From contig OZ059894.1 in NCBI GenBank assembly GCA_964057225.1, positions 9,982,001 through 10,046,000 of the forward strand: 64,000 bases of DNA, in the 5' to 3' direction. The number at the start of each line of letters is the position of its first letter. Position 1 is the stretch's first letter. This document shows positions 13,494 through 26,500 of the stretch, one piece after another. The position numbers and the translations under genes were made by a program. The notes under the pieces are model-generated. The model ran no database searches. It had not been told where the DNA came from and was given only the letters and a program-made list of their open reading frames with translations. This stretch comes from Auanema rhodensis. Taxonomy: Eukaryota; Animalia; Nematoda.

Positions 13494-16400
13494 CTATTGG
13501 AAAAACTCATCGAGTGCTTGATGAGGCCTCATTGGACGTCGTTCGGAAGCCCTCCTTATAACACCGCTATTTTTTTGGGGAGGACGAACTAAAGGTTTTT
13601 TCTGAGGTGGGGCTGCTCTCCAATCTACACGTGGTCCCATAGAGTTAGGCCGACGGAACTAAAAAAAATATTATGATTAAAACAGAAACCCCGCTGGCAA
13701 TCGACGACTACTACAGTTCACACAACACGATTGGCGTGAGGAATGAGATTCAAACGTTTGAATGTTTGAATCAATCACACCTTTTTCGCATAATATAAAT
13801 AAAACACAACAAATATAATTCAAGCACACAGCACATCTCATGTCATTAAGCAAGCATATTTATATTTAAAAATTACTTTTTGACGTTACAACACTCAATG
13901 CTTACCCTCAGCAGCAAATTTATATAATGAGTATGCTGCTTCCATTCTTCGCCGTTCTCTCAGCGCACACTACATTATAATTTGAATAAAGGTAAAAGAA
14001 ACAAAATTGTAATATTATGTAGAACATATTTATATATATTTATGAAGTTTGTAAATATCGTGAAACATACCTTAGTACTAGCTATGTAAGCAGCTTTTAC
14101 AGTCATGACGACAGCGGCCAATAAATTCCTGGCAGTTTGAATCAAAGACATAGCTGAATCCAATCCGGATACAACTAATTCATTTCCAACTTGTTGAACA
14201 TCAGCTTTTACCTTTAAATATAGAACAATGTATTGTATATGATAAAACCAAAATAACATACCTTACTACAAATGTTTAACTGCTGGCAATACAGGGGAAT
14301 CTTTGATAAATATGCCATCAAATCTTGTTTAGTATATGAATCAGCTGACTCATCAGCAATTTGAGTGGCTAATGTTTTGAGCTGAAGACAACATACATTA
14401 ATATGAAAAAAAAGAAGATTTTAAACCTTTTCACCAGCGACTGAAATTTCTTGGGCAGCCCCAATAACATCCATTGTAGTCTTTAATGGACCTCGACCTC
14501 TATAAAAGAATTATTGAAAACTAAGATTTTCTGAATAACAAACCTAGTGAAATCAGTCATATTCATCATTATCATGCACATGTGCTTGGCCAACACAATG
14601 ATGTCATTACCAGTTTCGTCCCATTTAGCAACTTCTCTTTCGAACTTAGTTTGAGTAATCTGGAAATAAAGCCTGTGAAAAGACAAAAATTTTGAATCAA
14701 AACCTTAAACACATCAATTTGCTCTTGAATTTTCTTCTTATCTTCTTCTGGAAGTCTTCGCATAATTTTCTGTTGATTCTCTCCTTCGGAAACCTTAAAG
14801 CTCAAATATAAAGTAACGTAGTGAAAAGAATTATCACCTTGCTAGCATTGTCGTGTAGAGTATGTCCATCTTCTTCATATTCATTATCAGAATCAACTTC
14901 ATCTGGGTTTCTGTTGATGAGTAAAGCATTTCGAATCTCTTTCACAGCATCATGAACAAGAGTACAAACATCAACAAATTCATCAGAATCACGGTTTCTG
15001 AAAAAAGGTAATCGATAATATATAAAGATTACTAAGAATAATATACCTTTGATTTTGATCGCGTTCTCCTTTTATTTGAGCTTCATGAACACTTTGAATA
15101 ACATCGCCAGCTCTATTAGCAAACTCATTCAACTCTGAAGAAAAAGTGTTAAATATCAAAACAGTTATTGTAAACTCACTTTCCCCTCTGAGTTTTGTGG
15201 TAGCGACTCGGATCCTCTCAGAGTAGCTGTTAACTGGAAGAGCATCCAATTCATTTTCAACAACAGAGCATACACGTAGAGCTCTTCCTCGAATAGCTCC
15301 AGCGCATCCGTCCAAAAGAGTAGAATCAGATACATGAATAGCCTAAGAAGTTAAATATTAAACAATGAAAAGCAATACTGTAAAGTACTTCAATTCCTCT
15401 CATGGCGTCTTCTCCAATATGAGCTTCACTAACAGCCAAGAAGTCATCCAAAGTAATAATAGAATCGACAGCCATTGTCAGGAGACGCACCTAAAAGATA
15501 TCATCTTTAAATTGCATAAGATTATGCTCGTTTTACCTTCGATAGCCATGCTTCACGATATGCTTGCATATTTTTCTTCGCGACTTCACTGTCCCCTTGC
15601 TCGCAAAGAAGTAAAGCAGCATTCACTACCTCAGGCGCAAGCTTCTCCAAGGTATTAGCAGTATATAAAATAACACGAATACCCTCTACATCGGTTGACA
15701 TTTCACAAGATCTTCTTGCAACCTACAATAATTGAAAATAATATTGTGTAAATGAGTTGTTCATATACAACCACTTCTATGGCATTATATTAAAATAAAA
15801 TATAATATAGATCACATGTGAAAAATATGCATAATTTCATGCTCATTATAACTATTATCATAAAAAATATAACATACTTTGACCAATTCATTAGCATGCT
15901 TCAGGAAATGATCAGCAGAAATCTTGGTTCGTTCAATATCTCGAGATTCAGCAGCAGCTATCAAATTTAAAAGTGGCGAATTCAAGTCCAAGAATCCATC
16001 ACTAACATGATCAACAATAGCACGACGAAGTTGCCTAAAATAACAGTTAAAGTATTATTTGAGTGAGAACATTAGAAGTCACCTTCGAAGATCCTTTGAC
16101 TTGTTTTTTACCTGGACCATAGCCAAATCTGCATCATCTGAAGTTTCTTTCCTTCCCAGCTAAATGACGAATAATAGATTGTAAGGTAAAATGAAAGCTT
16201 ACATTTTTTTCAAATTCATTTAATAGATCTTGGAGAGCTTGTCGGAGATTATTGCATTCGTCTGGTATAGCAGACTTACGACTAGGTCTTGTGAATTCTA
16301 CAACAAAACGTAAAAAGAAAAGTTATAACAATTCATACCATAATTAGCGAGAATTCCCGCTCCTCTAGCAATATTCTCAACCATAGATTCTAACTTCGAA

Positions 16401-17601
16401 TTGTGAATCTGAGGTTTGTAGGATGTCTGGTCAATAGCATAAACATTTCCCTATAATCAAATGGTAAGCAAAATAATAAAAAAAAAGAAGATGAAACCTC
16501 GAAATCGTCAAGCATTCCTGCCAAGTTCTTCTCATGCTCATCAATTCTGGCGAAGTAATTCAGACGTTCACCATTCAGAATTTTGGACATAGCATTAAGA
16601 GAATTAGATGCTTGACCATATGCGTATGTACACATGTGTCTGGATTCTTCGCATTCAGGATGGCGAACGAAGGCCTTAAATTCAAAGACGTTGAAAAACA
16701 CCGGAACAAATCACACTACCTTAGTGGAATTCAAAATCAAGGGATAACTCCCTTTCAAAGTACTGAAAGCTGCTAACATATCATCTCTACTTGCTGGATC
16801 ACGCAAATCTTGGATTCGACGTCTGAAATTATTTTATAGAACACAGCAATTTCTATCTCATGAACCCACTTTATTGTCTCTTCAATTTCTTCAATTTCAG
16901 CCATTAGAGTAGAATATCTTTCGATGACTTCTTGATTCGATTCAGAGTTACGTAGATGATTCAACGTTTCCATTGCATTATCAAGAATATCAGTTAAAAT
17001 AGATACATCAAGTTTATCAGCAAGAATCAAAAGTTGAGCAACAGCCTGAATAAATTTAAAAAATATACTGCAGGAAATGAAATATGATACCTGAAGGAGG
17101 AACTGGCCAGCTTCTACTACTTCCTTCCTGCGCTGTGGAGATCTGCTATCTTTAACAAAATCTCTTCCAATTTTGGAGAGGAATTGTGCTTAAAACTTTG
17201 ATAAACAAAGAAATTTTGAAATAATTACTTACAACTATGCTCAACTTCCATTATTGACTGCCTTAACATCTCTAGAGGCTCACCCTATAATTTTGAAAAG
17301 TCACAAAATTCGAAAGAACCTACAAACAAACCTTAGCAAGAGGATTTTCTTTTATTGCAGTTTGTGCTTTTGTTATTAATCTATCAACAGCATATTCAAC
17401 AGCTTCTACTAAACTGACAGGGCTTCGCCCTTTTGGAAGAGTGAATGTTTCTGTGATATTAGTAATCTAAACAAAAATGTAATTCATCTTTCTTCTCCGA
17501 TTAAGTAATACCTGGGATATGGTTTCGTATATCAGAGTCTCTACCGTTTTTGTTTCAACATTATCAAAATTAAAATTCATCTGTGCTCTGGCGATCGCCA
17601 T
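13494..17601 (-). CDS. hmp-1: Alpha-catenin (vinculin/alpha-catenin family)
   Basis: Exons encode FEREVAKWDETGNDIIVLAKHMCMIMMNMTDFTRGRGP, LDSAMSLIQTARNLLAAVVMTVKAAYIASTK, AIVDHVSDGF and a C-terminal KKPLVRPP..IRRASERRP like nematode HMP-1. Confidence 0.93.
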
Positions 17602-20109
17602 TAGTCTTAAATAACAAAATTAAATAAACAATTCACAAGTATGAAATCAAATTACACTTGAAAGAAAGAGAGAAACAGAGAAAAGGGGATTAACAGAGCA
17701 AGAAATGAAAATATCAAATGAAAACAAACACATGTGCAACCAATCTAATCGCCAAGAGGGAAAAAATAAATTGACCTTTGCGTGGTCATTCTATCTGGCC
17801 AAACTAGATAGAAATCATGATTAATTCAAAAAACAAATAAGAAACAATATGACTCCACGGAATATAAAAACATCGAAGAGGCTTTTATTACCTAATTAAG
17901 AAGCACACTAAAGTATGAAGAATAGAAAATTTTCGTGGAATCAATATTTCATTAGCAATGACGCGTCCAGTAAGAATCTTAGGGTCGAGGTCAAATTTGG
18001 TGGTCCGAAGACCATGTGAGGGAAAGGAAGAGTGATGAGGGTCAGAAACATGGATTTAAGACAGACGGAAGAGTCATTCAATTATTGAATGAGAATAATT
18101 GCATAAGAATAACGCTTGTTCCCTTAAGAACAATATACATTTAGACATTAAGCTCATATGATGGTCAACCAAAACAAGAAGAAAGCCAAATTATAAACAA
18201 AACAAATAATTGAGAAAGTTTTGTAATCATCAGTGCAAACTGCGTACGTGGCTGAATAAGATATTACAACAAATGTCATTATGAAATAAATTTTTTTTTC
18301 TATCATTAATCATGAAAGGAATGCCTTATTTTGATGATTTAATCAAGCTATGTTGAAAAAAGCATGACCTTTGTGTTCAGTTAACTTAGATTAGTGTAAG
18401 ACACATTGAAATGAATAATTAATGAAAAAAGGTTTATTTGAAACAAAAATGATTTGTTTTTTGATTGAAAATTCTCGAAGGTGGAACAATCTGCATACAT
18501 GAATATAAGATATCTGCATTCTTCTTGAAGGACACGTCATGACGCCTTTTAAGGAATGTACGTGATTTCTCGTTAAGATAATCCTCAAGTCAAAGACGAC
18601 CCCTCTCTATCGCTTGCGGTAAACAAACGGACGTTAATCGTTTCCATGCGTAAGAATCCATTTTAGAGAATGAATCATCTCAAAAAAATGTTTAATGCAA
18701 TACGAGTTATGAGAAGGCGGTGAAAAAAAATTTAATCCTTTGCAAAAGAAATTGCGGAAATTCCATGGAGAGACCGTGTGAGAACAACATTGTTACCATT
18801 CTTTTTGTTTATCATTGTTTTCCGAATAAAAATAACTGAAAATCATAAGCTGGTAGGAATTATTTTCCGATCGTTTGTAAACCAATATTTGAGATGAATA
18901 TCAAGGGTTTGCGAGGAATTCTATTAGATCTATAAAAATGTGAAAGATGCTAGCCAATTCCTTGAATTAAGCTACAATTGAATTATTTATACAAAGAGAA
19001 GAGATAGAGTTTGCTACTCACAAAGGCCTAAAAACTACACACTTCCGAGGATAGTTGTATCTAACCATTTAACTTGAGTGAGAAAGTTAAGCGAGTTGGA
19101 AAATTTGTTGATTTCTTTGATCGGGGAAACATGTTTTGATTCATTTTCTGCATGAGCTGTTCGGAAATATAGATCTGAACTATGTTTCTTGTTGATTCAA
19201 TAGAGAACTCTTTCAAAAAAAAAAAAGGCAAATTCGAAATAGACAACAGATCATTGGAATCATAGCTGGACGAGAGAAGATGAGATCTATAATTGTATGA
19301 TAGAGTATTCATGCCTTCCATTACTCATCCGATTGTGTGAACTGGGAAACAGTGTGCTCGTAACATGCTCTGAATCATCTAAACTTTCAAATTCCCACAG
19401 CTCATACGTCTATTCCTTCTTCATGTTGTCATAGGATGTAAATAATGTTGAAAACGCCAGATGAGCCTCGACAACCTTCTGCCATATATCGACTAGCTCC
19501 TCCCACCATTTGCTAGTGTTGTTACTAGAATGGAAGCTGTTTCGATTCTTTCCATTTCTCTCGAAACACCTGCTTGAAACCAATTATGCAGTTTATGCAT
19601 GGCCATCTTCAGCTTGAAGCTCTTGCTTCAGCAAACTGACTTTGACGCCTCCATTTTCTTTTGAATATAAAAAGAAGAAAACAAAGTAATTTATGTTATT
19701 TTTGCTGCAAAGATTGCTTGTGGGAATATTTGGTTGGCTGTCAAGAAGTATTCGTTTCCGCAATGCGCCACCCTCGCACTCCGTTGTATTGTATTGCAGC
19801 GTTTCGATGGCTTTATGTTCATTTTCAGAATACCGGTTATACCTTCTCAAATCTCTCAGTATCTCTTTGCCATTAGCAAATTGTATCGTGAATGCTCTAA
19901 TTATATATTGATTTTTCATTTGTAACATTTCTCCTTTCTCGAGGAAAACCCTTCAATTAGAATAAAATAGTATATCTCTTCGATTCAACCTCATTGATGT
20001 ACATTTGTAAAATTCTGATTATGTTTTATAATATTTTATTGAAAGCTCATCATTTGTCAGTTCTCATTTCATTCAATTCTGTTTCAATCCATCCGATTTT
20101 CTTTTTTTT

Positions 20110-20420
20110 CTTCCATCATCTCTCTATCTCTTTCTTTATCCCTCCCTCTCTCTCTATCTCTCTCGCTCCCTCTCTCTATCTTTTTAAATACCTCTAGCTC
20201 TCTCTATCTTTTTAAATTCCTCTACCTCTCTCTATCTTTTTAAATACCTCTAGCTCTCTCTATCTTTTTAAATTCCTCTACCTCTCTCTATATTTTTTGA
20301 TACCTCTACCTTTCTATATCTTTTAATTTCTCTCCTCCTCTCTCTCACTTTCTCTCCTTCTCTCCCTCACTTTTTCTTTTTCTATTTTCCTCTTTCTCTC
20401 TCTCTCTCTCCTCCTCCCTC
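20110..20420 (+). repeat. CT-rich low-complexity tract containing a ~26-bp minisatellite (CTCTCTATCTTTTTAAAT(A/T)CCTCTA(G/C))
   Basis: About 5 near-identical units at ~20170-20310, decaying into (CT)n on both sides. Confidence 0.85.
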
Positions 20421-20546
20421 TAAGCCTTTGTGAAATATTTAACAACTATAATCAATAATCACGGTCCTGCGCAAAGCTTATTGATCGTTAGCTCAGTGTT
20501 TCTCCTTCATATACTTAATCTCAGTGTGAAATATCACATTTCAGGA

Positions 20547-22046
20547 ATGTCCTTGGAATTTCGGGTAGGAACTAAGAGTGATAATGATATTGTTCATCAA
20601 TTCTTGTTGGATCATTTCCGGGTAACAGAACCAATTACATCATCTTTACGTTCGTATTATATCTTATATAGCTTCGTTAACTTACTAGTAGTACCCAGCA
20701 TGGTCTCAATCTGTCTTCTCTATTCAGTATGACCTGGAGACTATTGACAAATAGCATACTCTCATTGTGAGTGTGCACCCATACCAGATACGGCGCAAGA
20801 ATTAGCCGCAATGCAGGCGCGAGTTAGATTCTTTAGCTTTGCGCAGTGGCGATAACGTGATCAATGAGGCTTTGCCGAGATGCGTTTATTGCTGGTTGAA
20901 AACTTTTCCCAATTACCCGCGATATCTCCTGAAACACGGATGGTATACGCAATTTTTGAACGCCCACCCGGGCAGAAAGTCCATATAAAGAACACTTGAG
21001 TGTTGTTCAGTGCTTTTTATTCAAAGTTATGTTTGAATGAAATAAACTCCTCAGTTCCCCTCGCAGAGTGGAAGAATATATATTTTAAGAATCACATGCC
21101 ATATTTTATTTTTTCCTTTTTTTTTAAATTAACCATGCAAATAGTGTAAAAATAATTCAAAACTTCCTGACATTTCCTCACAATAATAAACGAAAAATTA
21201 TTTAAATTAAAAATTGAATTTTTGCGAGAGAAATATAATTTAATAACTCTTCAGCTTCTTCGAAGGAAGATGTTTTCAATTTTTTCATTGATTTGAGAGA
21301 TGGAGGACTACAAAATGAAACTTGTTCAACACTGGTTTTTGATGGAGCAGGTATTAGAAAAGTCTAAAGTTGATACAAAATCTTGTATTATTTTTGAAGA
21401 ATTAGTTGGCGTTAGTTTGAATTACACGAAAGACTTAGAAGGTATGCCGGATTCTGAAGTTCCTAAATTCGATCCCCATGAAGATTTTGCACAAGGTACA
21501 TCATCAATATCTTGTTTCGAAAAAAAAATATCGTCTTAGCAATTAAATCTGGTCCATACGAACAGCACAATGCCAACCGTCTTGTTGTTTTTGTTGAAAC
21601 TGTAGAAGCTGGTTTACCAAATCTTATTAAAGCTCCAAAGAAAATTTTCAAGATAGATGTGCTTTGTGTTCGCCAGGATTATCAAGGGTAAACGTTTCCT
21701 CATACGGTAGTTTGAAGTAAATCTCACATTTTTCAAGAAAGGGCATAGCATCAAAACTGCTAAAAAGAGCTGAGGCTTCAGCTGCCGAAGCCAAATGCGA
21801 TTTTATAATTTCCGCAGCAACAGCAGTAGCTTCCCAAACTCTATTCGCTAAGGTATAATAGTGATTCACTCTCAAAAATATATTTTTGTTATTCAGAATG
21901 GATTCAAAACAATTCGTGAGCTGCCTTTCTCGTGTTTCCGCGAAAATGGAGAAGCAGTTTATCAGAATTTACCCGATAAGGGTAGATCGGGAAAACTGAT
22001 GGCTAAAGTGGTACAACCACAAGAGGAGGAAGATGATCTGAAATAG
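20547..22046 (+). CDS. GNAT-family N-acetyltransferase, insect AANAT-like (anat-1-like)
   Basis: [89 protein letters not shown]; 605-nt first intron at 20650-21254. Confidence 0.8.
20770..20830 (+). promoter_or_regulatory. Putative snRNA proximal sequence element (PSE) region of the U4 gene
   Basis: GC-enriched block at about -65 to -10 relative to the U4 start, where nematode snRNA PSEs sit. The exact motif was not verified. Confidence 0.4.
20835..20977 (+). ncRNA. U4: U4 spliceosomal snRNA
   Basis: AGCTTTGCGCAGTGGCGATAACGTGATCAATGAGGCTTTGCCGAGATGCGTTTATTGCTGGTTGAAAACTTTTCCCAATT is the U4 5' region (U6-pairing stems, kink-turn loop). Sm site AATTTTTGA at 20951-20959, followed by a GCCC-ACCC-GGGC terminal hairpin. 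Confidence 0.95.
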
Positions 22047-22492
22047 TTGTATAGCAACCTAGATATACTGAACGTTCCATCGTAATGGGAGAAATAGTTA
22101 TAGCTATAAGAAGAAAAATATAAATAAATAATTAAATTTTTAATAAATATTTCAATGTTTAATTTTAAATCAAAGACCAAGCTTAAGAACCGACTATTAT
22201 TCAAATATCTCATTAGCATACTAGGCATATCCCTTTATTTGTATCCTAGAACATGAGCCAAGCGGTTGTACAGATATTATGCTTCCTTTATATATTAATC
22301 ACGATTCAAGATTTGTTGAGAGAGAACTGAATATTACTAAAAAAAACAGCATATAGCACAGCTTTAGTAACAAGTTACTTCAGAATAGCCATAAATCAAA
22401 ATACATAATTAGAGATTTTCATTATTTCTTCATTTATGAATCTATACATTCAAAAGATCTAATCGAACTAGAACCAAGTGTTAAACAAGACT

Positions 22493-23320
22493 TCAAACCT
22501 TGTCTTTCTTATCTAATTCTGTTAAAAACTTTGTGAGTTTCGACCGATTAGCTTGAGCATCTTGTACATTTTCATATCTATCTTCGGGTTTAATAGCATC
22601 TTGAAGTACGGAAGCACCGAATTTTGACAAAACCTGAAATTTGCTTTTGAAAAATGTCCAATGAATATATAGCAATGCCTTATTATCCAAAACAGCATAA
22701 CCTAAACCAATATTTATTCCATCGACAGCTCCTTGGAATCTTTTCCAGTACCAACCAACAAGCCCACATACTAATGCACAACGATCCTGACAAGTAAATT
22801 TAATATTACGAGAAATTTTTCGTTACAAACTATAGTCATTCCTTCTTTATCGCATCGAATTTGATAGCATTTTTTCTGAACTTCAGTGAATGTGGTACCT
22901 GAAGCCCTTATTTAGTACAATATATGATATATAGCCAACCTTCGTTTAGGGAATGAAGATATGCAAGTATAGGTCCTAAAGACATTCCAGCTAGAAGAAA
23001 TCGACCCTAAAACATAGTATTGAAATGAGGAAAAGGGGGACAGAAGCCAGCAGTACCTGTAATTTCCTGCATTTGGCTCTAATTATTTTGGGGCTATTCG
23101 GTGTTGTGTTCTCCGGTGTCAATGACCGTTTAAGATAAATTCTATACAACGGATGCGCTATGCAACCACCCAATATACTAGCCACTTCGGCACCTTTAAA
23201 AAATCCCCATAAAGCATACTCCAGATAGGGATTAGGAACAGTAGCAAGCGATTCGGGAGTTTGAGATTTACGCGAAAACTGAGAAAAGTTCATAAACCAT
23301 GATTCCAATCCTATTCCCAT
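22493..23320 (-). CDS. Small membrane protein, DUF1757-like; probable downstream gene of the BMS1 operon
   Basis: Spliced ORF MGIGLESWFMNF..VPNPYLEYALWGFFKGAEVASILGG..KCYQIRCDKEGMTIDRCALVCGLVGWYW resembles DUF1757 proteins as remembered; ATG is 186 bp downstream of the BMS1 stop. Confidence 0.6.
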
Positions 23321-23506
23321 TTTTACTTAAAAGGTCATAGAAATTTAACTTGATGAACGTGCAAACATAGCTTTCCGGTATTTACCTTGAATTAAATGCT
23401 AATAGAACTAACTTTTGAAAATTCATAAAACAAGCAGAACAACAACAATGAAACAATATTTCAACAAAATTTAACAACAATATGTAACGAATCTAACAAA
23501 GTATAT

Positions 23507-26500
23507 TTATGAAGATGATGCAGATCTTCCAAGAGCTTTTTTCAACTTATATTGTTCACGTTTACTGAGTACTCTGCAGATCTCCTTTCTACGGGCTTTC
23601 ATATTCTTTTCACGTTTCTCCTCGAAAGCAGCATCCTATAAATTTCAATGAATCTTGAACCAATGTTATGAATAACTTACAATTTTAGCTCTCTTGGCAA
23701 GGAACTTTTCATGCTCAGCCTTCTTTTTACCTTCGATGTCCCTACAAATAATAATAAATAAAACAATGTTTTTTTTTTTAGATCTACTCACTTGTTGATA
23801 GTTTTTAGCATAGTGAGAAGACGATGTCTCTTAGCTTCTTCAGGCTCACGAATAACAGCAGTATGCTTAGCAATAAGTTTACCAGTTTTCTAAACATACA
23901 TAGCGTTTATTCATTAGGATTTTGAATTACTTACGGGTTCATTGTTCTCCTGGAATGTAGGCTTAAGTTTGAATGGCAATTGTTTCTGAAGTTTCGCTGG
24001 GATGAATAACGGAGCAGACTCAAACTCAGTTCGTTCAATAGGCTAAAAATTATCAAATAACTCAAAATCAAATAACTACAAATATGTGTACCTTATAGTC
24101 AGAATCAGGCTTAGACGCTGGTTTCAGACCTAATTCAAATCGTATCTTTCCGACCGTACGCATTCCAACCCATGGCTCTCCAGGTTCTAACAGATGATCA
24201 ATAATAGGAGTATAGAAATTGGGCACTGGTACAGTTACCCAAGAACGAAGAAATACAATATCTGAAGAAAAAAGGTGAAAAAAAATAAATAAGGTAAAAC
24301 CACCTTTCATTAGTATACGATCTTCAAATGTGGCTCTGAAAGCTCCAGGAGGTGTTTTGACACATTTCTTGATATGCCCACGAATACCAGATACTGTACG
24401 AATAGAAGCACCCTCAAACTTTGCTACCTCCATAGCAGAATTGAACATTCCCTACAGTATAATTATATAAACTTATTAGCAAAACTGTCTTACTTTGATG
24501 AAAGCACTCTTTTTGAAAATCTTATCGGGTGTACCAACAAGCTTTAATTTTTTAACAACTTGTGCAGATTTATCTAAGTTCAATACTACACCTGTTCCTA
24601 CAATTCTATAGCCTGGCTGAAAAAAAATCACTACAAATAATAAAAACTTATGAAAACATACAGTTTTATCAGAAACCGACTGTACTGCTAAGAAACCGGT
24701 ATTCTGGGCTGTAATTGGTCCCCAGAATTGGGCATGACAATGCATATGCTCAGGGGTATATTTCAAGAAGCGATGGCGCATATTGTGATCCTGTTATACA
24801 ATAATCAAAATAAATACAAAAAGACAAATAATACTTGTATGGAATACACAGAAACTGTCTGGAATCGTCTCCATCCGCAACTTATAATCAGAGGATCTCT
24901 AGATTTTAAAACTCTTTCATGCCATCTGTGACGTTGTATACGAACCTAAAAACTTATCTGATAAAAAGAAATTTATTTTAAACTGACTTGAACAACTCCC
25001 ATATTTTGCTCTCCTGTTAGTAAACCTCCAATAATATATGGGGAAGTTGGATCAAAATTGTTGATGAATTCGCATGGAATATCTTCGACCTCAACACGGA
25101 CATAACGACCAGCACGGAAACCTAAAGAATTTAATTTACGATAAAATAAGATAATATCATACCTTCAATTTTCTCTCGTTCTTCTTCAGGCATGCCTTCG
25201 AAAATACTCTTGTTCAACTGGGCTTGTTCCAACATTTCATTCTAAAAAAATTCAGGAAAATTCAGATTGCAACAGTACTGTGACAAAAAGAACAAACCTT
25301 CATGGTATCATAGAATTTTGATGATTCATCGTATTCATCATTAAACTTTTGCTTAAGCTTAACTTTCTCGACAGCCCTCCTTTCACGAGCAGCAGTTTCT
25401 GCCTTTTCAACAGCAGATAGTTCCGCTCCTAAAATGTTTTCAGTATAAAATTAAAAAAATTAAAAAAAAAAACCTTTTTCTTTTCCCTCCTCGTTTTCTT
25501 CATCTTCTTCATCATTTTGTTCATCTTCTCCGTCGCTATCATCAGAAGCATCATCACCAAGCTCATCTGGAAAAAAGTTAATCTTTTAAAAATAGAGGAT
25601 GAATTTCAAACCCATCAACTCTTTTTCTTCAGCATCTTCTTCAGTCCACGTTCCTGTCACAAAACAATCTTGAATGGATCCGCGGATTTCTTCGTCTGAC
25701 CAATTCAACGCTTGTTTTGAGGATGACGCAATTTGGTTATAGCAAAATCCATCCTCTTGGTCATTTAAAGTTTTATTAGCTGCTTTCTTAACAACAAACA
25801 ATCCATCTCCTAGCTGATCGTTTTCATTGATAGTACCGTTTAAAGAGTCTTCTTAAAATAATCGAATTATTAACATAATTTAAAGTTCTCTAACCTTCAG
25901 AATAAATAATTTTGGTCCAATTCAAGCGACTTTGTCGTTTAGGATTATATTGGTCCATAGCTTTTTTTGCTAGACCACCCCAGTCGTCTTTGAAGTCGGT
26001 TAATCTTGGAATTCCATTATTTTCGTATTCATCATCTCCACTCTATAAGTATGTGATATACTTGGTAAATGAGTACTAGCCTACATCATCATCATCATCA
26101 AACTTGAACTTAAATTTCTCCTCGTCATTACCTTGACCCTTTGAAGGAGCAAATCCAGAATCAATCATGGATCCAGTGTCACTCTAAAAAGTTAAAGTAG
26201 CTTGTGATGGAGTAACCTTGCTACCTCATCATCTTCGAAGCCCTCTTCATCATCGATATCTTCTTCAAAATCTTCCTCATCACTTTCAAAATTACTATTT
26301 TCAATTGGTTTAGAAGTTCCTAATAGTTTGAGAGGTGCATTTTGAATTTTAGCATCCAAAGTCATTTGGACATTATCAAGGCCTTCCACGAGTTCATTAC
26401 GTTTAGACTGAAATAAAACTCATGTTTCACAACAAAGCATAAAAAACTACCTGTTTTCCAGATTTGTTTTCAATATATATAGCATCTTTATCATAAACAA

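Noticed and set aside
20690-20780. Two small hairpins upstream of U4 as a possible H/ACA snoRNA
   Set aside because: The second hairpin is too short, there is no properly placed ACA box, and it overlaps the U4 promoter region.
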